Shown here: piece after piece, positions 26,784-35,707 of the stretch
Numbering within the stretch: position 1 is the stretch's first letter
Layout of the letters: each line of letters begins with the position of its first letter
IMG/VR virus record: IMGVR_UViG_3300048577_000133
Span: 1-64,000 of that record
Length of the DNA: 64,000 nucleotides
Direction: 5' to 3' (one strand)
DNA from: a virus
Position numbers and translations under genes: made by a program
The notes under the pieces: generated by a model
Told to the model about the DNA's origin: nothing
The model's input: the letters and a program-made list of their open reading frames with translations, nothing else
The model's database searches: none

Positions 26784-27554
26784 TTACACGTTTACATGAT
26801 TAATTGATTTACTTAAAACAAGGTTTACGAATTCGCTGTAATCCTTTGCCCCATTGCTTTCTGGCGCATATTCAAAAATAGATTTTTTTTGTGTTATCGC
26901 TTCGCTTATCGCAATATTCCTGCGGATCATGCTCGAAAAAACCCTGTCACCATATTGCTCTTTCAGGATATTTATAATGTCCCGGTTTAAAACTGTACCC
27001 TGGGTCATGGTTAAAAGAATCCCTGAAATGTCAATCGTACTGTCCGACATTTCCCTGATGAGAGCCAATACATCAGAAAGCTTTGCCAATCCTTTGTATG
27101 GCAGCAATTCTGCTTGCATAGGTACATAAACCTCATTCGACGCAATAAGAGCATTTAGTGTGAGAACACCAAGCGACGGCGGGCAATCAATCAAAACAAA
27201 GTCAAAACCGTCTATCTTTTGCAGGATCTTCTTCAGAACTAAATCCCTCGAAGGAATTGAATTCATTTCCGTTTCGGCCCCTGCCAGATCAATCGAACTG
27301 GGCAGGATGAAAAGATTTTCAGTTACTTTTAACGGGGTCGGGTTCTTTGCCTTCATGGTCATGTAGTGATACATGTTTTTGCCTTCAATTGTGCTGCTTT
27401 CAGAAATTTCAAGGCTATCAGTTAAGTTGGCCTGAGCATCCATATCAACCAGTAAAACTTTCTTCCCGGCATTGGCCAAACCATAACCCAGGTTAAGGGT
27501 TGTAGTTGTCTTTCCGGTACCGCCCTTGTGCTGGGCAATGCTAATTACTTTCAT
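26784..27554 (-). CDS. parA: ParA-family partition ATPase
   Basis: Deviant Walker A KGGTGKTTTTLNLG, DMDAQANLT and VLIDCPPSLG. Confidence 0.9.
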   Translation of the reverse strand: MKVISIAQHKGGTGKTTTTLNLGYGLANAGKKVLLVDMDAQANLTDSLEISESSTIEGKNMYHYMTMKAKNPTPLKVTENLFILPSSIDLAGAETEMNSIPSRDLVLKKILQKIDGFDFVLIDCPPSLGVLTLNALIASNEVYVPMQAELLPYKGLAKLSDVLALIREMSDSTIDISGILLTMTQGTVLNRDIINILKEQYGDRVFSSMIRRNIAISEAITQKKSIFEYAPESNGAKDYSEFVNLVLSKSINHVNV

Positions 27555-27581
27555 GTTTTAGTGTGTAAAGTGTGTTTATAA

Positions 27582-27767
27582 TTAATTAGAAATAATCCTT
27601 TCTGATAAGCATGTATTAATCCAATTTATAATTGCTTCTTTTGTTTTATCGTATCCTGCTATTCCTTCACCTTTTTGCATTATTTCAATTACATTTTTTT
27701 CGCTTTCCGTTAAATAACTAACGGTAATTCCATATATAGTATATTGATTGTTTTTTTTATTTTCCAT
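27582..27767 (-). CDS. Hypothetical protein (61 aa from ATG 27767)
   Basis: Small ORF upstream of parA. Confidence 0.4.
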   Translation of the reverse strand: MENKKNNQYTIYGITVSYLTESEKNVIEIMQKGEGIAGYDKTKEAIINWINTCLSERIISN

Positions 27768-27879
27768 TTGCTTTATAAAATTCAAAGTCGCTTTCTGATA
27801 AGTGTTCTTTCATCCATTCCTCCATCCCTATATCACGCCTTTCGTTGACATTACTTTCATTTTAGTGTGTTTCTGTGTG

Positions 27880-28461
27880 TTATTCTACTTTTATAATTTC
27901 AAGACCCTCGTAATAAAACCGTTGCACTGAACCATGTTGATCGTAAGCAATCAGAGGCTTATCATCATTAATCCATTTTCTTCTAACTGTATAAACAGTG
28001 TCGTTAAATTTGAATTTATCATTTTTATGCAATGATTCTAATGTCGTTTTACTTTCTATTTGAATAATGTTTGTAATTTCCGGTGATTGTCCTTTTCTTT
28101 CAATTCTACCTTTGCATTGATCTTCCTGTACTTGTTGAATCTTTATCGATAATTCTATATTTTGCTTTGCTTCTTTTCCGTAAAGTTCAACCGCTTTTTC
28201 AATGATAAGAGCCTGAGTTGCATAAGACATTTTTGAGTAAAACGCATCGTAAAATTCAGTATGCTTAACGGTAGCCATCCAACCACTTTGTTTACTTCTT
28301 TCCAGAGCAACTTCTTCTAGTTCTTTCCATACATGAGCAAATTCGCTACTCTGCGAGATCAAATCATGAATGTCATTCGATCTGAAGTTGTACAGAAAAA
28401 GACCTAGCGATCTTGTAATAACCAAGCTTTCTAAGTTACGTTTAATTGATTCCGACTTCAT
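27880..28461 (-). CDS. Hypothetical protein (193 aa)
   Basis: ORF preceded by a promoter motif plus an AAACAC-repeat leader. Confidence 0.5.
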   Translation of the reverse strand: MKSESIKRNLESLVITRSLGLFLYNFRSNDIHDLISQSSEFAHVWKELEEVALERSKQSGWMATVKHTEFYDAFYSKMSYATQALIIEKAVELYGKEAKQNIELSIKIQQVQEDQCKGRIERKGQSPEITNIIQIESKTTLESLHKNDKFKFNDTVYTVRRKWINDDKPLIAYDQHGSVQRFYYEGLEIIKVE

Positions 28462-28506
28462 TGTGTTTTAGTGTTTATGTGTTTCAGTGTTTACATTAAT
28501 GAAGCA

Positions 28507-28530
28507 CGAATATAAACACTATTTTTGTAA
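28507..28530 (-). promoter_or_regulatory. Extended early/middle promoter motif copy
   Basis: cgaatataaacactatttttgtaa. Confidence 0.7.
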
Positions 28531-28540
28531 AAAAAGCATA

Positions 28541-28741
28541 TCAAGCAAAATTATTTAAAAATTTTTCGCATTGATTATAATCCGCTGTGCGGCTTTTTAT
28601 ACGGTCCAAAATTATATCTTTAGTCCGGTCACTAAAACAAGTATCAAGTTGTTGTTCTAATTTTTCAATTTCACTTTTCAAAAAAATTAAACGGGTTTTA
28701 TAAAATTTTCTGTCATCATTTGTTAATTGTTCTGTTTTCAT
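28541..28741 (-). CDS. Hypothetical coiled-coil protein (66 aa)
   Basis: Small ORF in the operon. Confidence 0.45.
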   Translation of the reverse strand: MKTEQLTNDDRKFYKTRLIFLKSEIEKLEQQLDTCFSDRTKDIILDRIKSRTADYNQCEKFLNNFA

Positions 28742-29321
28742 TGTTTTGTATTTTAATAGTAAGCTTGTTTAATAATCCAACCGTATATTTTTCAAAAAAG
28801 TATTCAAAAAACACTCGACCATCTTCAATTTTTGCAATACATGGAATAGGAGTAAGACAAAAAAAACGGTTTGTATTTATATTTATAATATCAGGAATTT
28901 CTTTGTTTAAATTAAACCCATCAAATTCTAATCCACCGATATTTATTAAATCTCCAATAATTACATTTTTTCTTTTTGAAAAATGAATTCGTTTTTTCCC
29001 GTGAACATAAATTGTTGTAACATGGCTATTTATTATTTTACTTATCATTAATACATCAGAAATATGAAACACATATTCTTTTGATAAAATGTAATTTATA
29101 TCTTTTGGACCTGGATATAACCACAAAAAAATCAATTTACGATCTGGAAAGTAAATATTTATATTTGTTCTTATGTTTTGTTCAAGGCCAATATTTGAGA
29201 ATAAACCGCCTTGATAATTTTTTTTGATAACTATGTAAATAGCTTCTCTAATTTTTTTTATATCAATTATCTCAATACCAATTAAAGTACGATACTTGAT
29301 TTTTAAGTCATCTAGTGTCAT
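28716..29321 (-). CDS. Hypothetical protein (201 aa from ATG 29321)
   Basis: The track N-terminal extension runs through terminator 29362-29397, so the start was moved to MTLDDLKIKY. Confidence 0.5.
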   Translation of the reverse strand: MTLDDLKIKYRTLIGIEIIDIKKIREAIYIVIKKNYQGGLFSNIGLEQNIRTNINIYFPDRKLIFLWLYPGPKDINYILSKEYVFHISDVLMISKIINSHVTTIYVHGKKRIHFSKRKNVIIGDLINIGGLEFDGFNLNKEIPDIININTNRFFCLTPIPCIAKIEDGRVFFEYFFEKYTVGLLNKLTIKIQNNENRTINK

Positions 29322-29361
29322 TTGTGCTTTACTTTTAACAAATGTACGTGCTATATTTGTT

Positions 29362-29397
29362 AAAAGCAAAAAAGCCGCCCCCACGGTTGGGAACGGC
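29362..29397 (-). terminator. Rho-independent terminator
   Basis: Minus strand GCCGTTCCCAACCGTGGGGGCGGC followed by TTTTTTGCTTTT. Confidence 0.8.
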
Positions 29398-29453
29398 AAG
29401 CACAAAATACCAAACAATTAATCAAAAAAGCATGTATAGAATCCAAATTAAAA

Positions 29454-29765
29454 TCAAAAACTAATAGCCGAAATTTTCCTATTTTTAGGATTAACAGAAC
29501 CATTTGTTGATTTAATGTAAAACAAATAGATTTGATCTACAATTTTTTGTTTGTTTTCAACATACGGAAAATCAGTATTTGACCACAAAATTTTATCAAG
29601 CTCTGAATCGTTTTTGCTTGGGAAATAAAATTCTACAACTTTTTTAAATGATAATTCTTTTTTTGCAATTTCCTTAAGAGTTAATTTTTTTTTAATTTTT
29701 TGAAGATCGTTCCGTTTCATATGTATAATTTGGTGATATTCATTTACAATGTATACATAAAACAA
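29454..29765 (-). CDS. Hypothetical protein (103 aa)
   Basis: ORF only. Confidence 0.45.
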   Translation of the reverse strand: MFYVYIVNEYHQIIHMKRNDLQKIKKKLTLKEIAKKELSFKKVVEFYFPSKNDSELDKILWSNTDFPYVENKQKIVDQIYLFYIKSTNGSVNPKNRKISAISF

Positions 29766-29775
29766 ATTGACTGCA

Positions 29776-30240
29776 CTAAGATGTTACAGTTAAGTACTTC
29801 AACAGATAGTAGAACATTGCCCGGTTTGCTTTGCTCAATTCCCTGTTTTCAGACAAAATAAGGCTCAATGAAGATTTATCAATGTCCAACAGCTTAACCA
29901 GGTCTTTCGGTTTTAATCCAAACTGCTCAATATCTCTCTTTATTACTTCAATTGTTAGGTTCCTGAGCTCGCTGGGTTCATACGGCACCGGACGACAATG
30001 TATTTTTACACCGGCTGGAATAATGCCTTCAAAAACGCCCTTTGTACGTTCAATCAATTCTTTTGCTGAAAGGTAATTCTGAGCTGGGTTTTCTTGCTGC
30101 CAAACCTTAATAATTGCCTCTTTTTCGTCAATTCTGATCACCTCAAAATAAACCCTTGCAAATCTCTTAAAGCTTACTTCAGATTTTTCTAAAATCCTTT
30201 TTTGCTCCTTTGTCAAGTTTAATTTTTCAATGCCTTTCAT
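29776..30240 (-). CDS. Protein with C-terminal XRE-like HTH (154 aa)
   Basis: LKPKDLVKLLDIDKSSLSLILSENRELSKANRAMFYYLLKYL. Confidence 0.5.
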   Translation of the reverse strand: MKGIEKLNLTKEQKRILEKSEVSFKRFARVYFEVIRIDEKEAIIKVWQQENPAQNYLSAKELIERTKGVFEGIIPAGVKIHCRPVPYEPSELRNLTIEVIKRDIEQFGLKPKDLVKLLDIDKSSLSLILSENRELSKANRAMFYYLLKYLTVTS

Positions 30241-30260
30241 CTCTATATTTTTTGTGAATT

Positions 30261-30290
30261 AAAAAAAGAAAGGGAGGGGTTACCCCCCTC
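30261..30290 (-). terminator. Rho-independent terminator
   Basis: Minus strand GAGGGG-GGTAA-CCCCTC followed by CCTTTCTTTTTTT. Confidence 0.7.
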
Positions 30291-30296
30291 GCCTCT

Positions 30297-30632
30297 CTAA
30301 AGTCGAATTTCCTTGAAGGTGTTTAGATCGAAAATTGCTATCTGTTCATTTTTACGACCAAATTGAACAGCTTCGTCAAGATTTTCGAAGATTTTTGAAG
30401 AGTCGAAGTAAAACAATTTGTTTTCTTCGTTCATCCATCCACCTACGATTTTGTCATGACTTAAAGCATGTTCAACTGCTTTTTTCAATCCATCTGCTCC
30501 GAAACAATTTTGAGTTTCTTTGTAAGCTACAATGTAACCTGAAATCACCCAGCTCATTTCTGGAAGCTTAACCGTAAATCCTTCTGGATTTTCTTTTGCA
30601 ATCTTTTCGATTGCGTTGATCATTTGTTTCAT
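30297..30632 (-). CDS. Hypothetical protein (111 aa)
   Basis: ORF only. Confidence 0.5.
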   Translation of the reverse strand: MKQMINAIEKIAKENPEGFTVKLPEMSWVISGYIVAYKETQNCFGADGLKKAVEHALSHDKIVGGWMNEENKLFYFDSSKIFENLDEAVQFGRKNEQIAIFDLNTFKEIRL

Positions 30633-30680
30633 AGAACTTAGCGTTTTTATCCTGCTGCCCCCGCAGTGTTAATTACTTCT

Positions 30681-30703
30681 ACAAATATAGAAATTAGTTT
30701 GCA
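30681..30703 (-). promoter_or_regulatory. Promoter (-7 TATATTTG with TTTG 19 nt upstream)
   Basis: acaaatatagaaattagtttgca; overlaps palindrome GTTTGCATACAGCAAAC. Confidence 0.6.
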
Positions 30704-30750
30704 TACAGCAAACAAAAAGAATAAAAATATTAGTCAAAGCAAACTTTTTT

Positions 30751-32337
30751 TTAATCTTCGTAAACTTCTACCCCTTTCCCCTTGCGTCGCTCTGTTCCTT
30801 TCTTCTTTGTATCTGTTTGTTTCGGGAGTGCCCAGCCTTTTATTTCGGCTACCTTTCTGTTGAATTTTTCCCAGACTTTTTCATCCTTGAATTCAAAGTG
30901 CATGGTCCCCTTTTTATATCCTCGAACCCGGAAGAACCCCCATTCATACCATTGGCCCCATTCGCGGCCAGTACTGCTAATAATTACTTTTATACCTTTT
31001 TTTTCTAACAAACTTTTAACAGCACTTTGCGCCTGTTCTACATTTTGATAGCTGTACTCATATCCACCCAATAAAGTTCCGTCTTCCCTCTTTAAGTGGA
31101 ACGGGTAACTAAAATAGTTTCTAAGCGGGATCTGATTTTCGTATTTTTCTCCAGTCAACAAACAAAGTGCTTTTATAATGTCGTCCATATGGTCACCACG
31201 TTCATAACGAATTTTCATTGTTTCGCTGGGCCACCTGGTGTCATATTCGCACATGTACGGGTGAATAAACCTCCTGTTAACCTTGTAATCGCTGTTTGTT
31301 TTCCATCCTTCACCTCCTGAATGGTTATCGTATGAATAACCGCAAATTCGTTCAAATGCTTCAACCAAAACCCCATTTAAACGGCTTACGTGTGTACCGG
31401 CAATCATTTCAATCATCAGGTAAACATTCTTTACAGTGAACGGTACATTCGATTGTTTTTCAATAAAAGCGTTCAGGTCTGCAATCACTTTCTGAGTGAC
31501 GTATTTATCCATGTTCATTTTATTGAAAACTGACCGCCAAGCCGATTTTTGAAGTTGCTTTTTAAATGTTTCCCGATCTATTTTATTATACAGGTTATTC
31601 CGGCTTGTTGCGTGTGCTCCAAACTCAATACCAAGACCAGCACTGATAGGATTTATCAGATCATTGATTGACTTTGATACCTCCATAACCGAATCAAACA
31701 TTTTTACGGCCCCAACATACCTATTTACAATATTTCTGATTTCTGAATACTGCATTATCCCGTTATTCTGGGCCTCTTCTTCTTCTGTCATGTCGAAATA
31801 CCCGTCAAACTCAGTTTCAGATGCTTTACGGGGCTTGAATAGGCGAATAAGGCCAACTTCTACACCTGTCTTTCTTTCTGCTTTTGAAAATACATCTCCC
31901 AGGTTTTGATAATTGCCGTTTTCGTCAGCAATTTTTTTCAATTGCTCCCGGGTCCTGAACCTGGCATTTGCCAGAGTTTCCCAATTGCACAATGCAACGA
32001 TCTGGCAACCTTCCGGGGCAATGTTCCACGCATGTATTATGTGTTTCTCATCGGCAGAAAATGGCGGGTTCATGATGATGTAATCAATGTGGCTGATCTC
32101 ATGTGCTTCAACTTGCAAAAAGTCTGTCCTCAAAAACCGGCATTTTTGCCCGACAATACTCGCTAATCGTTGATCTATCTCACAGGCCATAACATCGGCC
32201 CCGAATGTTTGAAGATAGTCAACTATATTACCAGAACCTGCTGACGGCTCCAAAACTTTTTTTTCGTGTAAATCGATCCCGGCGCACATCGTTTCAATAA
32301 CTGACAACGGGGTAGGATAGAAGTCTGAATTAAACAT
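30751..32337 (-). CDS. N6-adenine DNA methyltransferase (gamma-type order) with large C-terminal domain (528 aa)
   Basis: FYPTP, motif I VLEPSAGSGN and motif IV IIMNPPF. The roughly 350-aa C-terminal extension resembles the DUF4942-type domain seen with such MTases. Confidence 0.8.
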   Translation of the reverse strand: MFNSDFYPTPLSVIETMCAGIDLHEKKVLEPSAGSGNIVDYLQTFGADVMACEIDQRLASIVGQKCRFLRTDFLQVEAHEISHIDYIIMNPPFSADEKHIIHAWNIAPEGCQIVALCNWETLANARFRTREQLKKIADENGNYQNLGDVFSKAERKTGVEVGLIRLFKPRKASETEFDGYFDMTEEEEAQNNGIMQYSEIRNIVNRYVGAVKMFDSVMEVSKSINDLINPISAGLGIEFGAHATSRNNLYNKIDRETFKKQLQKSAWRSVFNKMNMDKYVTQKVIADLNAFIEKQSNVPFTVKNVYLMIEMIAGTHVSRLNGVLVEAFERICGYSYDNHSGGEGWKTNSDYKVNRRFIHPYMCEYDTRWPSETMKIRYERGDHMDDIIKALCLLTGEKYENQIPLRNYFSYPFHLKREDGTLLGGYEYSYQNVEQAQSAVKSLLEKKGIKVIISSTGREWGQWYEWGFFRVRGYKKGTMHFEFKDEKVWEKFNRKVAEIKGWALPKQTDTKKKGTERRKGKGVEVYED

Positions 32338-32363
32338 GTCTAAATGATTTAATGATTAAGTGT

Positions 32364-32615
32364 TTAAACAAGTGTGTATTGATTTGTGTAAATCCATTGT
32401 GTTGATTCTGGGGTTTTGCCACCGTAGAACCTTTGTATGTATGATTGTTCTAAGAATGATTCGCCCTTACTGTTTGCTATTGCAAGTCGAAGGCTATTTG
32501 GGTGAATATACTCAACCTCACCTGATTCAATGTTTTTTATCTGCTTTCCAATTAAATATTCAAGTCCTTTTTCTGCAATGATATGCTTCAGTGTTATGTT
32601 ATTGTTTGTTGTCAT
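32364..32615 (-). CDS. Hypothetical protein (83 aa)
   Basis: ORF only. Confidence 0.5.
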   Translation of the reverse strand: MTTNNNITLKHIIAEKGLEYLIGKQIKNIESGEVEYIHPNSLRLAIANSKGESFLEQSYIQRFYGGKTPESTQWIYTNQYTLV

Positions 32616-32626
32616 TATCTAAATGT

Positions 32627-32911
32627 TTAAATGATTACTTGATTTACTTCAGCATCGACACATTGGCCACCTTGTGACCAGTTACCTCTAGCCGTTGTAT
32701 ATTTTGCCCAAACTCTTGTATTGCCTGAGTTATAAATTTCAATTGCGTAAACTTTATAGTCAGAGCACTCAGGATCGAATTGTGACTTTTGGCACACATT
32801 GCACTTTTTTGAATCCATTTCGTACCGAGTGTAAGTGTCTTTATCAACTACTGACTTTATTGAACAATTGATTGTTTGTCCTGAATAGTTGTCTGTAATT
32901 ATTGCCATCAT
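32627..32911 (-). CDS. Hypothetical Cys-containing protein (94 aa)
   Basis: ORF with an ACAC-rich leader. Confidence 0.5.
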   Translation of the reverse strand: MMAIITDNYSGQTINCSIKSVVDKDTYTRYEMDSKKCNVCQKSQFDPECSDYKVYAIEIYNSGNTRVWAKYTTARGNWSQGGQCVDAEVNQVII

Positions 32912-32937
32912 GGTGTTTACTTGTTTGAGTGTTTACA

Positions 32938-33198
32938 TTAATAACATAAATCACACATTCCAAATCTGTTGATGTGATTAAATTTCACTTTCAAACCAAT
33001 CTCTTTAACCACATCTTTCAAAAACTTTACTGCATCAATCATTCTGTTACAGTCAAAATCTTCACAAACTTCCATTGTCTTTTTATCTACAATGATCATA
33101 GTGTCAACATTTGCGAAATAGTTTGAACTTTTAACCTTAATTGCAAACCTTAATTCGTTTACCGGGATAACTGATGTGTTAAATTTTTTAGCTGCCAT
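32938..33198 (-). CDS. Hypothetical protein (86 aa from ATG 33198)
   Basis: The track N-terminus MYYKNSIYICR is the translated promoter motif; the real start is MAAKKFNT. Confidence 0.5.
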   Translation of the reverse strand: MAAKKFNTSVIPVNELRFAIKVKSSNYFANVDTMIIVDKKTMEVCEDFDCNRMIDAVKFLKDVVKEIGLKVKFNHINRFGMCDLCY

Positions 33199-33233
33199 TG
33201 TGTTTATGTGTTTTAGTGTTTCAGTGTTTACAC

Positions 33234-33259
33234 GACAAATATAAATACTATTTTTGTAA
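33234..33259 (-). promoter_or_regulatory. Extended early/middle promoter motif copy
   Basis: gacaaatataaatactatttttgtaa, with TTTG about 18 nt upstream of the -7 box on the minus strand. Confidence 0.75.
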
Positions 33260-33287
33260 TACAAAACAATTAAATGATATTTTTCAA

Positions 33288-33319
33288 ATAAAAAAAACCG
33301 GACTAATTCTAATCCGGTT
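33288..33319 (-). terminator. Rho-independent terminator
   Basis: Minus strand AACCGGATTAGAATTAGTCCGGTT followed by TTTTTTTTATTTG. Confidence 0.8.
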
Positions 33320-33421
33320 TAATGGCTATTGTTGGGTGTACATCTGTTTAACTCATTTCAATTCCTAAAAGGTTCGATTGTAATTACACCCCAGTAAGTA
33401 TCTAAATAATTTTAAACATAA

Positions 33422-33841
33422 TTACTTTGCACAACAGTATTTATACTTCTTTCCCGATCCACACGGACACGGCCTATTCCTGAATATTTTGGGCTCTGTA
33501 CGAACCGGAATGATAATTGCTTCACGTTTTTTCTTTGTCAAGTGTGAGTACTTCATGTCGAACATTTCAATTTCTGGCAATTCTGGACGTGCTGTATAAG
33601 GTAATATCGTTGGTTCTGGCAATATACCTACCTCGATCAATTCCTCATTCGAATGCTGAATCTCATCAATTGAATGAATGTGTTCAACTCTATTTGCACA
33701 TATACCGTGTGCCGTTGCTATTGCTGAAGCCACTGCGGATACACCTGGTCCAGAACCAACTAAAACAACTTTTCTATTTACATGATCACCCCAAATCTTA
33801 CGGTGTTCTTCCAAATTTCCAATATGCAATTTTTCTTCCAT
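33422..33841 (-). CDS. SEC-C motif protein (139 aa)
   Basis: C-terminal CPCGSGKKYKYCC. The N-terminal domain is unrecognised. Confidence 0.6.
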   Translation of the reverse strand: MEEKLHIGNLEEHRKIWGDHVNRKVVLVGSGPGVSAVASAIATAHGICANRVEHIHSIDEIQHSNEELIEVGILPEPTILPYTARPELPEIEMFDMKYSHLTKKKREAIIIPVRTEPKIFRNRPCPCGSGKKYKYCCAK

Positions 33842-33959
33842 CGCTTAGTTTTTTACTTCATCAACGCCTATCCGGTTGTATTTCCCAGAAAACAGAATCG
33901 CCCATTTCGAACTGTACTTTTCTGCCTTATCGGCGTTGACTTTTTCTTAATAAAGGTTG

Positions 33960-34048
33960 TGGAACCGGAAGGATTCGAACCTTCGCCTTATGCACTGACT
34001 AAGTCAGATATTACGAGAACGCACCTTAAAAATTATTTTCACAGTTCC
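33960..34048 (-). tRNA. tRNA-like element 1 (89 nt), anticodon arm not foldable by eye
   Basis: Acceptor GGAACTG/CGGTTCC (one G-U pair) and canonical T arm GAAGG-TTCGAAT-CCTTC. An internal CTGAC-TTA-GTCAG hairpin and an A/T-only D region make it non-canonical. Confidence 0.4.
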
Positions 34049-34139
34049 ATCCAGCACTTTACCCAAGTACACAGGGAGACAGTTTTCCTTATATTTTTCA
34101 GATATTAAAGAAAATCTAAAAAACAAACTTTTATCTGTG

Positions 34140-34228
34140 TGCCTGATACTGGATTTAAACCAGTATCCTTTTCCCTCCGGGGAAACATTTCGGTGTAAAA
34201 GCCACTCTATCAATTGAGCTAATCAGGC
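34140..34228 (-). tRNA. tRNA-like element 2 (89 nt) with long variable arm, degenerate anticodon arm
   Basis: Perfect acceptor GCCTGAT/ATCAGGC, D arm GCTC-AATTGATA-GAGT, variable hairpin TTTCCC-CGGA-GGGAAA and T arm ACTGG-TTTAAAT-CCAGT. The anticodon region GCTTTTACACCGAAATG pairs at only 3 bp. Confidence 0.4.
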
Positions 34229-34331
34229 ATTTTTTGCCCCGGATGAATAACCAAAACCGGGGCATTGCATTTAGCGGGCAATATTATCTGAATCTCATTT
34301 CGTCGCTCCTTTCTAGTTAGTTAGTAAATTT

Positions 34332-35114
34332 TTAAAATAACTTCAATTGCGAAATATGCCAGTTATACCGGTTTTCCTGATCTTCGTAATACTTCGAATC
34401 AATCTCAGTACCAACAAAATTCAAATTCAAATCATAACAAACAATTCTTTGGCTTCCAGAACCTAAATGAGTATCGAGTATCTTGTAACCAGGTTTAGCA
34501 AACCGTGAAAGCAAATACTTATACACTTCAAACGGTTTTTCAGTCGGATGAATTCGCTTTTGGTTCTTTTCTTTAAACGGATTCATTACGGTACCTTCTC
34601 TAAATGATTTACCTTGCATCATTCCAGACCACATGAAATAAAATACCTCAGTCGGTACTGGAAACGAAACCCACACTAATTCACAGTCATTAAACCCTGT
34701 TGTTGAATTCACTTTGTCCCAAATAATCCAGTTTGTCGGATGATCTTTGATGAACTGTTCGTATTCGTGCCGTCTGGGTGTTTTAAACTCAGTGCTGCAA
34801 ATTGCCGGGAAATAATTGGCTCCGAATATGATTTGATGTTCTGTTACCCGCTTTAACTCTGTGAAATATTCGTCACCTGTCTTTTGCTGATCCCACAAAG
34901 CATTGTGATACTCTTTTGAGTTAGTCGCCCGGCTCCGGCTTTTGTTATTCCGGTGGCTGTTACCATCTATGCCATAAACAGGATCCACACTACCAATGTC
35001 AAAAAACTGATCTGGAAAGCTTTTGGTTATTATTTTGTAGTCCTCATTAAATGTGAGGGAAAAACACCCGTTTTTGTCGAGTTGCAGGATTTGACGCTGT
35101 AATTGATCAATCAT
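34332..35114 (-). CDS. N4/N6 DNA methyltransferase (PF01555-type, 260 aa)
   Basis: SVDPVYG (DPPY-like), HPTEKP and LDTHLGSGS. Confidence 0.8.
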   Translation of the reverse strand: MIDQLQRQILQLDKNGCFSLTFNEDYKIITKSFPDQFFDIGSVDPVYGIDGNSHRNNKSRSRATNSKEYHNALWDQQKTGDEYFTELKRVTEHQIIFGANYFPAICSTEFKTPRRHEYEQFIKDHPTNWIIWDKVNSTTGFNDCELVWVSFPVPTEVFYFMWSGMMQGKSFREGTVMNPFKEKNQKRIHPTEKPFEVYKYLLSRFAKPGYKILDTHLGSGSQRIVCYDLNLNFVGTEIDSKYYEDQENRYNWHISQLKLF

Positions 35115-35137
35115 TATTCTCCAGTATTCAGTTCTTT

Positions 35138-35707
35138 TTATTCGAATGTCGGATAAAAAAAACTCAATTTTCCTTTAACATTTAGAATCGGTTTTTCAAA
35201 TAGGATAGGGTGGGAGACAAGCCAGTTCCAGATAATAGGTTTTGTATTATCTATCACATGTCCACCGGCTGAAATACCTTCAGACTTTTCAGCCCAAATT
35301 GATGAGTGATTGATAAAACAGTCCTTAAACTTCACCGCGCCAATAATGGCACTGTATTCAAGTGAATTATTTGCAATAATTCTATTTTCCTGACCTATTG
35401 AGTCATATTGTTCATTTGTCAATAAATCAAACGGCGTTTTAAGTCTTTTTGCACTTGCATGAATCAAAACCCATTTTCCTTTATGCTTTTCAGGCATTTT
35501 CCACGTTCTGTTTTCAATATCTTTTATCCCGGAACAAAGCAACCAAGCCCACGGTTGCATAACCGAAATAGCTGGCATTGGCTCCGGTATTTCGTCACTC
35601 AATAACCAGTTATCACATTTTGGACAATTATGATGACCGGCTATGTATTGTTGATCATCGTAAATATGAATGTGCTCACATTTCGGACAAACAATAAAGT
35701 ATTTCAT
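35138..35707 (-). CDS. ASCH-domain protein with N-terminal zinc ribbon (189 aa)
   Basis: CPKCEH...CPKCDN, then SVMQPWAWLLCSGIKDIENRTWKMPEKHKGKWVLIHAS. Confidence 0.6.
   Translation of the reverse strand: MKYFIVCPKCEHIHIYDDQQYIAGHHNCPKCDNWLLSDEIPEPMPAISVMQPWAWLLCSGIKDIENRTWKMPEKHKGKWVLIHASAKRLKTPFDLLTNEQYDSIGQENRIIANNSLEYSAIIGAVKFKDCFINHSSIWAEKSEGISAGGHVIDNTKPIIWNWLVSHPILFEKPILNVKGKLSFFYPTFE

Noticed and set aside
33782-34213. ORFs 33782..34108 (+) and 34004..34213 (-) as protein-coding genes
   Set aside because: They overlap the two tRNA-like elements (acceptor and T-arm structures). They have no start context, so the region is better explained as non-coding RNA.
33960-34228. tRNA-like elements as an attP core for tRNA-targeted integration
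   Set aside because: No integrase or excisionase is recognisable anywhere in the window, and a plasmid replicon is present. Each element has a complete 5' and 3' acceptor pairing rather than only a 3' tRNA fragment. This cannot be fully excluded without the rest of the genome.
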